From NCBI GenBank assembly GCA_966112615.1, contig CBHWDO010000012.1:22004-86003 (forward strand): a stretch of 64,000 nucleotides of DNA, read 5' to 3'. The DNA comes from an uncultured bacterium (GTDB taxonomy: Bacteria > Bacteroidota > Bacteroidia > Chitinophagales > Chitinophagaceae). The first letter of the stretch is position 1. Each line of letters begins with the position of its first letter. The notes below the pieces were generated by a model. It did not search any database and was not told the origin of the DNA. It saw nothing but the letters and a program-made list of their open reading frames with translations. This document shows, piece after piece, positions 8,136 through 17,507 of this stretch. The position numbers were made by a program, and so were the translations under genes.

Positions 8136-10211
8136 CTATTTTACAAACCGCTTATTGATAATTGATGGTCCATTAATTTGCACATTGTATACACCAGGAT
8201 TCAAATTACCTATATCGATCCTGATCTGTGTTTGACTACTACTCAATTTCCTTGAAGTTATCAGTTGTCCATTCATTGAATAAATGGTCAATAATGATGC
8301 ATTCTTTGGAAGATTATCGACGGAAAGTATATTACCCCTTATAATCATTTTCAAAATATTTGCCGAAGTAATCTTCTTAATAGTACTGTATTGAATTTTG
8401 CCATCCACATCAACTGACCTGATCCTGACGTATACAATATTATCATTGACAACTTTTTTTGAGTAATCATTCTGACCTGCCGCATTCATTGCCGGAACCG
8501 TTCCTGCTGCCTCCCATGTCTGCTGATCAATGCTTTTCTCAATGATATATTTGTCAACCTGCTTTTCATCAGCAGTTGTCCATAATACTGTAAGGAGGTT
8601 ATCTTCTTCTTTCAGGTTGAATGAAATAAATCTCACCGGAAGACCAGAACAGGTAGTAAGTGGAGCTGCTACAAAAGCTTCTGAACTTCTATATGAACCA
8701 TCACCTCCCCGGGTGGCGCCATTTGGAGGAAATTCAGTGAGTGATGAAGAACTTGTTGTTCCATTATTTCCTCCGGTAATTGCATTAGAGACAGATCCCG
8801 ATGAAGGAGCCGAAATACTTCCACCACCTCCTCCACCTCCGGGACCTTCAGCTTCTGCTGAGGTGATTGGCTGATTACCTCCGGCACCACCGGTTGCGGA
8901 TACAGTTACTCCTGTGATAGCACCAGAAATGTTCAGCCGGATGGCACCACCACCTCCGCCTCCACCCGGAGCGTCATTTAGGGTGTTATTTGAATTGACC
9001 CCAGCAGAACCATTGGCCTGTATGGAGCCGGATCCGCTTAGGGTACCAGTCCCTAATATATAAATAATTCCACCACCATTTCCTCCTGCACCTCCCGAGC
9101 TGTTGTTGGCATCTCCGGCACCACCACCGCCTCCAAGAAATAATGTATTGCTTGAGTAAGCCAGGGGTCTGCCACCTTTACCACCCACGTTCTGCCGGTT
9201 ATCACCTCCCCAAGTGGTATTTCCAGGAGCTACAGTTCCTGCATTTTGATTATTAGCACTATAGGTGTACCCACCCCTTCCACCACCTGTAGAAGTTGAA
9301 GTTGAGAAACTGCCTCCTTCAAGATTCCATGTGGTAGCATAGCCTGCTACCGGATTACCGTTTCCGGTCCATGATGCAACATTTCCAAAATTTGCACCTC
9401 CTCCTCCACCAGCATTATGACCATTTCCACCGCCACCGCCATTGGCCGCAGCACCACGATTATATCTTCCACCAAGCGCATCATACCTGACCTGGTCGCC
9501 TGCAATTCCTTCTCCTTTCTCTGCGCCGGTTGAACTGTTATTGGAAACATATGCTGTAACAACAGCACCTCCTGCGGTCGAAGTGTTATTATCAATAGCT
9601 CCACCCCTGAATCCTCTTCCGGTAACCACCATGGATCCGTTATTGACAACATTACCATTGACTTCAATGGCCAGTACACCACCAATGGTTCCATTCCATG
9701 GAGAACAGGTAAGTGAAGCACCGCTGTTTGTGGTTAGCGCATTAAGCCTGGGAATTCTGATTACCTGGACCTTTTCGTTTGCTGTTACTGAATAGGAGTT
9801 TGCGAATGAATTACAAATACTGATGGTATTTCCTGAAACGCCGCTTACTACTGCAATTTCATAAGTACCTACTCCATTAAGGTTTGTTATTGCACCATAC
9901 GAAGCATCATTGGTTGTAGTAATGCTTGCCCCCTGCATTTTTATGACCATGATGAGATCACCGTAGGCAATTGTACTGGTCGCATAAGGATTGTTTGCTC
10001 CGGCAGCACCTCCATTCAGATCTGCAATGTTCGTTACAGTGGCCATATTGGTTCCTGAAGTAATAGATGAAGCCAGTGAAGTATACCGGTTCCAGATAAT
10101 ATTGGTCCCTGTAACAGTTTCAGCACCATCTTTTCCAGGTTGTGAAAATACCAGGCAGGGTGCAAGGATCAACAAAAATAGCAGTGACCTTACGCGTGAA
10201 GGATAAATCAT
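8136..10211 (-). CDS. Glycine-rich secreted protein with a T9SS type-A C-terminal sorting domain
   Basis: It has a signal peptide and poly-Gly runs (GGGGGNGHNAGGGGGANFG, PGGGGGGGAIRL, GPGGGGGGGSIS). The C-terminal ~80 aa (LLTIYSMNGQLI...GVYNVQING...) matches the Por/T9SS CTD pattern. Confidence 0.8.
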   Translation of the reverse strand: MIYPSRVRSLLFLLILAPCLVFSQPGKDGAETVTGTNIIWNRYTSLASSITSGTNMATVTNIADLNGGAAGANNPYATSTIAYGDLIMVIKMQGASITTTNDASYGAITNLNGVGTYEIAVVSGVSGNTISICNSFANSYSVTANEKVQVIRIPRLNALTTNSGASLTCSPWNGTIGGVLAIEVNGNVVNNGSMVVTGRGFRGGAIDNNTSTAGGAVVTAYVSNNSSTGAEKGEGIAGDQVRYDALGGRYNRGAAANGGGGGNGHNAGGGGGANFGNVASWTGNGNPVAGYATTWNLEGGSFSTSTSTGGGRGGYTYSANNQNAGTVAPGNTTWGGDNRQNVGGKGGRPLAYSSNTLFLGGGGGAGDANNSSGGAGGNGGGIIYILGTGTLSGSGSIQANGSAGVNSNNTLNDAPGGGGGGGAIRLNISGAITGVTVSATGGAGGNQPITSAEAEGPGGGGGGGSISAPSSGSVSNAITGGNNGTTSSSSLTEFPPNGATRGGDGSYRSSEAFVAAPLTTCSGLPVRFISFNLKEEDNLLTVLWTTADEKQVDKYIIEKSIDQQTWEAAGTVPAMNAAGQNDYSKKVVNDNIVYVRIRSVDVDGKIQYSTIKKITSANILKMIIRGNILSVDNLPKNASLLTIYSMNGQLITSRKLSSSQTQIRIDIGNLNPGVYNVQINGPSIINKRFVK

Positions 10212-10345
10212 GTGTGATGGGTTTACTCAAAATTAATGGTATACCCCTAGAAGGATCTAAGCGTTTAACAGATAAATTATTTTATTATATAGAGTGAATA
10301 CTTTTTAAAATGCACAACTCTCTCAAGCATCTCTTGCTTTTTTAG

Positions 10346-13300
10346 TTATTTATTAAATGGCTGATCTAAGGAATGCCAGCCTAATTTTCGATAAGATTCA
10401 AATTGTGCTTCATCATAGAACTGGTCGGCTGTTGATTGGTGGGGGAAAAAAGCATTCTTCTTTTTATACTCACGAAGGTCAGTGGATTCATCACCTGTAA
10501 GACAGGCTTTTACATAAATTAAAATTCCTGAAGGTTGCATTTCCCCGCCGTATCTTATAGTACCATATATAACATGGACTTTTTTATCATGAAGAATTTT
10601 ATCCATGGGAATATTAATGACTGCTCCAAAATCAATATAGCAACGCCTGATGGCATTAGCCAGCCCCTCACATATCTCATTTGGATCCTCCTCTGCATCA
10701 CTTAATAAAATGTATTTGCATCTTCTGCGTATCAATTCATAAATACCCATGTTGTCAAAATGTCCACCATCAGAAAGACATACATATTCTGAATTGGTGT
10801 TTGATTTTCCAAGTAAATCCTGAATGAGATAGGCGATACCAAAATAAGGATCACTACTCCTCCATTTATCAAGCCTGGGATTCCCAATCCACCACCCAAG
10901 TCTGACATTAAATATGGTAAGCAGAAATGCAGTACCCGGAGATGAATGATAACCCATATTTGGATTGACGGCTGCACCTGAAATTGCCATGGCAGTCCCT
11001 AAGGTTGGTCCTTCTTCATAGGCATAACTTTCTGTAGGTCGGTACCCATAATCAAATGAATTATTTTTATTAAAGGCTGCAGACCTGGTAGGACTAACAT
11101 CAAACCCGCAAAATAGAGGACTGAAGATAAACGATTCAGCTTTTCTATCCTGACGATCCAGATCAGAAACCACCGAACAATTCAACGATGTATTGATAAG
11201 AGGATAAGGTCCATAATATTTTTGCATTGGCCGGAACAATTTCAAATGATGGTCATCCAGGTCATCAAACCCTGTAAACGGGTTCGCAGACCTGCTTCTT
11301 TCAGGCCTTCTTCTAACTGCTCCAAGAAAAGCTCTTATCAATCTGTTACGATAAAAATAATGGAGTGAGAATTCGTTTACTCCAATCCTGCATCCAAGAA
11401 AAATTATGACTCCGCAAAGCAGCAACCAAACAAGGAATTCTTTCAAGAGGTTTGGTCCGCTAAACAAACTTTCTTTAACAGGGCCGGTAATTATCGAACA
11501 CAGGATAATGAATCCACCCATAAATAAATAGGGTGCAAACCGTATGAATATTTCCTTGACAGGAACTCCCTTAACAGGATTGGAAGAGGAAGAATTGTAT
11601 GCCATCTTAACTGCAAGGCCCACTATGGTAATCCATGTGATGCCGGAAGGTATCAGGATCTCATTGTTAATATGGATGATCCATTTATGCAAAACAAAGA
11701 CAGCAAGATTGATGATGATCCAGTTCAACGACAATCGATGAAAAATACCTCCCATTTTACCCCACCACTCCCGTCTTCCATCTGGAAAATAATTGCCCAT
11801 AACAGCCATCCTGCTTACAATTACAATGGCATAAATTTCAAGGATAGCCGGAGGTCCGAAAATGAACCAGAAGTAACAATTCAGCAATTGATAAATTGTT
11901 TCGTAGTGCTCATATAAATAGATAACAAGTGCCAACAACGCATGTCCTATTAAAGCGGCTATAATCGATGAAATGAATAATAATACAAATCCCTTTAAAC
12001 GTAAGGATGCGGAATTCCAATGTTCATAATATTTTCCAATCATCGCAGTGAAAAACAAACAACAAAAGCCAGCAATTCCTATAATCCTGGTTGATTGAAA
12101 TATATCCCAGTATGATTGACGATCATCCTCCACAATAGTGATCATTAATGAAATAACCATTGCGCTTAGGAAGCAGTAGGAAAGGAAAATAGAAGTAAAG
12201 AATTTGCTCCTTCCAAAATTTAAAAAGTACAGGGCTGAGCTGTTTTGATTAAACATATGCATTCCTATCCCAGCTACAATGCTGGCAGGGATCTGTAGCA
12301 ACACTGAAGTCCAAATCACCTGTGATAAACCAGCGTGGATCTCGAGATACTCAGACCATTGTTCCCAACTTTTATTGAATAAAAAAAGAAATACCAGGCC
12401 AATAGATGCCAGTAGAATCAGGATTATAAGGTTGATGATCGTATTTCTTAACCAGGTCATTCCCATTGTCCAGGCATCAGCAGACATAATGGAAACATTT
12501 GGAGTAAGGTAGTTGCTATACATCCGAAGCCAGCGTACGGGCCTGACTTCTTCACCCATTGGATCGGCGGATTTAGTTATATTAAGTCTTTTCGTTACTT
12601 TATCAACTGACCCCGACTCTTTGATCCAGGAAATAAACCACGAACCGATGTATCCACCACCTGATACAGTTGACAGGTAATCTACGTATCTCAGAATATC
12701 ATATTCTGCAAGTTTTTGAAGTACTCCCAGGTTAAAGGTAGCCGAACGGATTCCTCCCCCGGAAAAGGCGACTCCAAAAAGATTCATGGATGCTGATTTT
12801 TCATAAGGAGATTCGAACTGGCCCATTTTACCATTAGTAACATCATTTTTTATGGTAGATATAAGGTTATTGAACGACTGGCTATTACCCTGAAGACTCA
12901 TTACATTATTGCTGTGAACTCTTTTCCCGGGCTCTTCTTTTTGAATTGTTTTTACCCGAATCATTCGGCTCTCACTAATATCTTTCAATTCATCTTCAAA
13001 AAAAGATTCAAATGGAATAGCATTACTATTGGAAATCAAACCAGGTACCCATGAACTCCTATTAACAAGCATTTCTTTTGCAATTTCAGATCGCATTTTA
13101 TTATGGATAGTGCTCTTCCACCATCTTTCATTAAACTTCTTATCTACTTTATTCAGCATATTATCCTCACTCAGTATATTCCAAACCTGGATAACTCTTT
13201 GCTTCCTCAATGACAATTTATTAGCGCCAAGACAATAGATGATCTGAACAGGCATATAAAATAATGCATCGCATAACGGAAGGCAACTGGAAGAATTATG

Positions 13301-13693
13301 ATATAATTCACGGCTGATCAATAACCTCCAGTAGTTAGGAGCATAATTAAGGCTGGAAGATTCGTAGGGAAATTTTTCAAAAAGTATATCCCGATTAGAA
13401 GAAATATTCTTTTCCAGCCAATTCATTAAAGAACTGGATATACTGGTAAATAGGGATTGAAATGTATTAGAATATATTTGAGGTTGTGTAGCGAATACCA
13501 GGTCTTTTAACCTTGTTTCAAGTACCGAATCCAACTCATACTGATGTTTAATAATGCGATAAGCGTCCCACAATTCAATATGCTCCTCATTAAGTTTACC
13601 GGAATCTTCCAACCCAAGGTGATACTTCACATAATCCTGGATAAAACTTATATAAGATACTGCATGAGCAGTAAGGTCTAATACCAAGTCCAT
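10346..13693 (-). CDS. Large cPLA2/patatin-like phospholipase with an inserted polytopic membrane domain
   Basis: The oxyanion motif is FSGGGIRS. The nucleophile elbow TVSGGG lies about 32 aa later, which is cPLA2-like spacing. About 10 hydrophobic helices follow over roughly aa 415-770. The catalytic Asp motif SDGGHFDNMG lies near aa 985. The N-terminal ~300 aa match no motif I recognise. Confidence 0.8.
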   Translation of the reverse strand: MDLVLDLTAHAVSYISFIQDYVKYHLGLEDSGKLNEEHIELWDAYRIIKHQYELDSVLETRLKDLVFATQPQIYSNTFQSLFTSISSSLMNWLEKNISSNRDILFEKFPYESSSLNYAPNYWRLLISRELYHNSSSCLPLCDALFYMPVQIIYCLGANKLSLRKQRVIQVWNILSEDNMLNKVDKKFNERWWKSTIHNKMRSEIAKEMLVNRSSWVPGLISNSNAIPFESFFEDELKDISESRMIRVKTIQKEEPGKRVHSNNVMSLQGNSQSFNNLISTIKNDVTNGKMGQFESPYEKSASMNLFGVAFSGGGIRSATFNLGVLQKLAEYDILRYVDYLSTVSGGGYIGSWFISWIKESGSVDKVTKRLNITKSADPMGEEVRPVRWLRMYSNYLTPNVSIMSADAWTMGMTWLRNTIINLIILILLASIGLVFLFLFNKSWEQWSEYLEIHAGLSQVIWTSVLLQIPASIVAGIGMHMFNQNSSALYFLNFGRSKFFTSIFLSYCFLSAMVISLMITIVEDDRQSYWDIFQSTRIIGIAGFCCLFFTAMIGKYYEHWNSASLRLKGFVLLFISSIIAALIGHALLALVIYLYEHYETIYQLLNCYFWFIFGPPAILEIYAIVIVSRMAVMGNYFPDGRREWWGKMGGIFHRLSLNWIIINLAVFVLHKWIIHINNEILIPSGITWITIVGLAVKMAYNSSSSNPVKGVPVKEIFIRFAPYLFMGGFIILCSIITGPVKESLFSGPNLLKEFLVWLLLCGVIIFLGCRIGVNEFSLHYFYRNRLIRAFLGAVRRRPERSRSANPFTGFDDLDDHHLKLFRPMQKYYGPYPLINTSLNCSVVSDLDRQDRKAESFIFSPLFCGFDVSPTRSAAFNKNNSFDYGYRPTESYAYEEGPTLGTAMAISGAAVNPNMGYHSSPGTAFLLTIFNVRLGWWIGNPRLDKWRSSDPYFGIAYLIQDLLGKSNTNSEYVCLSDGGHFDNMGIYELIRRRCKYILLSDAEEDPNEICEGLANAIRRCYIDFGAVINIPMDKILHDKKVHVIYGTIRYGGEMQPSGILIYVKACLTGDESTDLREYKKKNAFFPHQSTADQFYDEAQFESYRKLGWHSLDQPFNK

Positions 13694-13704
13694 AATTATG
13701 ATGT

Positions 13705-15048
13705 TTATCTTTTATTGAATTCAATGAACTTCGTGAGATCAAATTTTTTAGACAGTGCAAGAGATACATATGGTCTATTGTCTTTTTTAAGTAGTCCTCT
13801 GACTTCTCCCGTAAAGGCAATTCCATAGTTTTCTTCGTTTAAACGGAATTGAATTACATAAAACGGGGACCATTTTCTAATGGGAAGTTCATACTTTAAA
13901 GGATTGAGATCGTATACAGACTTAGCACGTAAATATTGCTCGGTAGGTTGTGAAGTAATTCCTGCAACAGTATTGATAAATAAATGAACAATATTACCAT
14001 TAACTGTTTCCTTGAAGAAAATAGGTAATCCAGCACCAAAGTAATGTGACCGAATATCAGTCTCTCTTTTTACAGTTTTATTGAAATATTGATCATTCCC
14101 TAAAACATCGTTAATAGGCAAGGTATCTGTTCTTAGAATGGAAATGTTTTCAAAATCCAGTTCTTCATTGACTCTTTGCCATTGCAATTCCGCCCATCCT
14201 GAAACAAATACATGTAATCCATCCTGGTTTGCAGACCGTCCGGTAATTCGGAATTGAGGAGAAAAAAACAATCCAACATTTCTAACAGTTATTCTTTTTA
14301 TTCGAGACCCAATCGCTTTATACACTTTTAAAAATTCCTGGTCAGGAATAACTGATGTGGTGTCATAGTATGTTCTTAGCGCCAATGGTTCTTCAACCTG
14401 ATCTGTCAAAGTTTTTGATTCAAAAACACCAGCAAATACACCCAATCGATTGGAACCTGAATTACTTTTTATTTTTTCGATATCCCGCTTATAAAAGAAA
14501 ACTCCTGAGAAAAAATTATTTGGTTGTAGCCCATCTACAAGATCAAAGTTAGAACCCACTTCAATCCAAAACGATTTATTACGGTCGTACGCTCCAATGG
14601 TAGTGACCCGAATTTCAATGTTTCCATCTTTCTCTACTGTATAATTAGAATCATCCGGCTGCTTCAAGGATAGATAAATAATTTCATCAAACCCAAATGA
14701 ATCAACAGACTTGTACTCAATATTAACAGGAATTTCCACGGTAATTTCCATTCCATCAGCAGGCCATTGATTTCCGTTCAATATTATTCTATCCATTGTT
14801 AATTTAAGACCAATAGCAGAGGGCCGGGGCATTTCCAGAACAGGCTGAAGAATAATATCCTGAGCTGGTTTTGCACCACTAAGCTTTAATGTTAGCTTTA
14901 CCTGTTCTTTGGATTGTATGGAAAGGCTATTAAGAGAGGGCCTGATTAAATGTCGATCGTTAACAATGCTAATTTTTTGTCCTTCTGCGAACTTAAAGAT
15001 CAATAAAAATAAAATGGTCATTTTGACCTGAGTTACAATATGCTTCAT
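13705..15048 (-). CDS. Secreted hypothetical protein, predicted outer-membrane beta-barrel with an N-terminal beta-sandwich-like region
   Basis: The signal peptide is MKHIVTQVKMTILFLLIFKFAEGQ, so I chose the start at 15048. The C-terminal ~300 aa show repeated amphipathic strand patterns (LGVFAGVFES, VGLFFSPQFRIT, YGIAFTGEVRG, YVSLALSKKF). The stop lies 11 nt upstream of the patatin gene start, which suggests an operon. Confidence 0.55.
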   Translation of the reverse strand: MKHIVTQVKMTILFLLIFKFAEGQKISIVNDRHLIRPSLNSLSIQSKEQVKLTLKLSGAKPAQDIILQPVLEMPRPSAIGLKLTMDRIILNGNQWPADGMEITVEIPVNIEYKSVDSFGFDEIIYLSLKQPDDSNYTVEKDGNIEIRVTTIGAYDRNKSFWIEVGSNFDLVDGLQPNNFFSGVFFYKRDIEKIKSNSGSNRLGVFAGVFESKTLTDQVEEPLALRTYYDTTSVIPDQEFLKVYKAIGSRIKRITVRNVGLFFSPQFRITGRSANQDGLHVFVSGWAELQWQRVNEELDFENISILRTDTLPINDVLGNDQYFNKTVKRETDIRSHYFGAGLPIFFKETVNGNIVHLFINTVAGITSQPTEQYLRAKSVYDLNPLKYELPIRKWSPFYVIQFRLNEENYGIAFTGEVRGLLKKDNRPYVSLALSKKFDLTKFIEFNKR

Positions 15049-15250
15049 AAAAGTTGGTTTGCGCCTACTCTGAAATGGTTTTCGGCATTCCCCATAACTG
15101 TAAATTTTCAGTTTTGAAAGCAACGGGTAAAGAGGAAAAGGAAGGATTCAAAAAGGGTGTTTTTCCTGTTTTTGATGAGGTTTATCCTGAAAGCGACGTG
15201 AACTATTGCAAAAGAATACCAGGATAAATAGTTTAGGGGAAAACCATTTT

Positions 15251-16090
15251 ATGAAGAAGTCATTTTCAGTAATTTTTATTCTGCTACAATTTGTTTTCCC
15301 GGGAAATGGACAAAATCTGCAACAAGATCTTGAGTCAATTTTAAAGCATTCATGCCTACATTATGTAGAACCTACAGACAGGGAGAAATACCTTAAAAAT
15401 TATAATAACCTTTACCGTACAATTGACTCTTCCGTTCACACCAGCCATATAGATTTTCCTGTGAGTTATATTAAATTCATGGCGAAGTTTTATGAAGACA
15501 ATCAAGATTACGATGGACTAAGAATAAACATGGGTAATTTCTATCGTAATCCCCATGATCAGGATAAAAAACAGATCATGTTGATGTTTTCACCTACAAG
15601 AGATAAGATTGCAGATTCTACAGCATTCAAACATTACAGAAAACAAAAACTAAATAAACAGGAGTTTAGAAAAATTGATATAAATCCATTGTATGAAGGA
15701 AATAAGAAAAAGAACAGGCATTTCATAACACATGGTGCGTACAAGTTTAATAAATATAAAAAAGCATATAGAAAAAACTATCTCAATTCATGTCTCTATA
15801 CAACTTCAATGTTTATTTGTAAGGATAATATTTTTCTACTAAACAAATTGTTCCTGGACAAACCCGAATATGATAAAATAAGATTTGAATTCATTTCTTA
15901 TAACGAAATTAAGGTTGATAGTCAATGCAGTCCATATCAGATATCCTTATTACTTACTCCTGTAAAAAACGGAAATCCAGATCCTGCAGTTTTAAAAACA
16001 TATGTATCAGATGCATCAAAAAATAAGGTGCAGGATATCAGCATTTTAAGTATCAACCATGGAGAATTATGTCCTTTTAAATGTAATTGA
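15251..16090 (+). CDS. Secreted Lys/Asn-rich, Cys-containing hypothetical protein
   Basis: The signal peptide is MKKSFSVIFILLQFVFPGNGQ. I recognised no family. It is the first gene of a tightly packed four-gene plus-strand cluster. Confidence 0.5.
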   Translation: MKKSFSVIFILLQFVFPGNGQNLQQDLESILKHSCLHYVEPTDREKYLKNYNNLYRTIDSSVHTSHIDFPVSYIKFMAKFYEDNQDYDGLRINMGNFYRNPHDQDKKQIMLMFSPTRDKIADSTAFKHYRKQKLNKQEFRKIDINPLYEGNKKKNRHFITHGAYKFNKYKKAYRKNYLNSCLYTTSMFICKDNIFLLNKLFLDKPEYDKIRFEFISYNEIKVDSQCSPYQISLLLTPVKNGNPDPAVLKTYVSDASKNKVQDISILSINHGELCPFKCN

Positions 16091-16093
16091 CAC

Positions 16094-16741
16094 ATGATTC
16101 AGCTAACACCTACATTAATTATAGAATTTGCAGCATTAATATTTGCATGGAGCAATTATGGGCGATTAAAAAAGGGTCGATTAAGAACACTACCATATTT
16201 TTTATTATTTATATGCATGGTAGAGGTCACAGGAAATATCATAAAAAATTCTAATTCTCAAAATGCCCTATTGTATAATATCAGTACGCCAATAGAATAT
16301 TCATTTTACCAATTGCTTTTTTTCCTTCATTTAAATAATAAATTTTTTCCCAGAATTTTTATTTTATTTCTGTGGTTGATTAGTGTTGTAAATTTTTTTC
16401 TTCAACCAGCACATGATGTTCATTTTTATGTTCTATGGGTTGGCAGTATTGAAGTAATATTTTTGTGCTGCTATTATATATATGAACAATTTATTGATGA
16501 AGAAAGCGATAAAGTATTGTACAAAAATTATTTCTTCTGGATAGTAGCAGGATTACTTCTTTTCAATTTAGGGGAGGCAATTTTCTTTGGATTTTATAAA
16601 TTCATGGACAATGGTCAAAGGGAGATATTTGGTCCTTTGTTTTCTGCTATAAACAATAACCTGCTACTGGTACTTTATTTCTGTTTTATCATTAGTATCC
16701 TTACGTATTCCAAATTCAACAAGCCGGTTTATGCCCAATGA
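16094..16741 (+). CDS. Polytopic (about 6 TM) membrane protein of unknown family
   Basis: The sequence is dominated by hydrophobic helices. It starts 3 nt after the previous gene, and its last 11 nt overlap the start of the kinase gene. Confidence 0.55.
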   Translation: MIQLTPTLIIEFAALIFAWSNYGRLKKGRLRTLPYFLLFICMVEVTGNIIKNSNSQNALLYNISTPIEYSFYQLLFFLHLNNKFFPRIFILFLWLISVVNFFLQPAHDVHFYVLWVGSIEVIFLCCYYIYEQFIDEESDKVLYKNYFFWIVAGLLLFNLGEAIFFGFYKFMDNGQREIFGPLFSAINNNLLLVLYFCFIISILTYSKFNKPVYAQ

Positions 16742-17501
16742 ACTAAAGCTTTATATTATTCTGTTTGTCATTGCATTCCTTCTGCTGGGGTTATTCATTT
16801 TATCCTTATCTATTCTTCATTCAAAAAAAGCATTATCACACAAAAAAGAAAGAGAACTTTTGCAACAACAATATGAATCTCTTTTACTCCAAAGCCAGAT
16901 AGAGATCCAGGAGCAAACCATGCAACAGATCAGCCGTGAGCTTCATGATAATTTGGGACAGATAGCAAGCCTGGTTAAAATCCATCTTAATACCATAGAA
17001 CCCAGTAATCCCAAGCAGGTTGAATATAAAGTATCAGAAGCGAAAGGTCTTTTAATTAGCCTTATACAGGATCTAAAAAATTTATCCCGTGCTTTAAATG
17101 GACATCATCTTCATCAATACGGATTTGAATCGGCCTTGAGGGAAGAAATTGAAAAAATCAACAAAACAGGTGTATTTAATGCTGTTTTTAAAAGCTCAGG
17201 AGAATCTAACGATATTGAAAAAGATAAGGCCATCATACTTTTCAGAATGGTCCAGGAAATCCTGAATAATACAATAAAGCATAGCATGGCGGAAAATATT
17301 GTTCTTTCCTTTTCATCCAATAAAAATTTTATTACATTAGATATAAGTGACGATGGTATTGGATTTGACAAGATTTTGGTTAAGGGGAATGGGTCGGGCT
17401 TAAATAATCTTTATAGCAGGGCCGAACAAATAAATGCAGTCCTTACCATTGATTCACACCCTGGAAACGGAACAGCAATATGCATCAAACTACCACTTTA
17501 A
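16731..17501 (+). CDS. NarL-type (HisKA_3) sensor histidine kinase with one TM helix and no evident sensor domain
   Basis: It has a single N-terminal TM helix, the H-box RELHDNLGQ, and HATPase motifs (NNTIKHS, DDGIGF, GSGLNNL). Confidence 0.85.
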   Translation: MPNELKLYIILFVIAFLLLGLFILSLSILHSKKALSHKKERELLQQQYESLLLQSQIEIQEQTMQQISRELHDNLGQIASLVKIHLNTIEPSNPKQVEYKVSEAKGLLISLIQDLKNLSRALNGHHLHQYGFESALREEIEKINKTGVFNAVFKSSGESNDIEKDKAIILFRMVQEILNNTIKHSMAENIVLSFSSNKNFITLDISDDGIGFDKILVKGNGSGLNNLYSRAEQINAVLTIDSHPGNGTAICIKLPL

Positions 17502-17507
17502 CTGCCT

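Noticed and set aside
8530-9795. Several ORFs of 70-125 aa on both strands inside the glycine-rich T9SS gene (8530-8874, 8669-8890, 9347-9721, 9442-9795).
   Set aside because: GGN-codon repeats produce long open frames in alternative and antisense frames (Pro- or Ala-rich translations). None has independent support.
10346-13693. The patatin protein as a CBASS CapV-type effector.
   Set aside because: No CD-NTase/SMODS cyclase, cyclic-nucleotide sensor domain or Cap2/Cap3 genes are visible nearby. The protein is far larger than CapV and has a membrane insertion. I therefore treat it as a distinct architecture.
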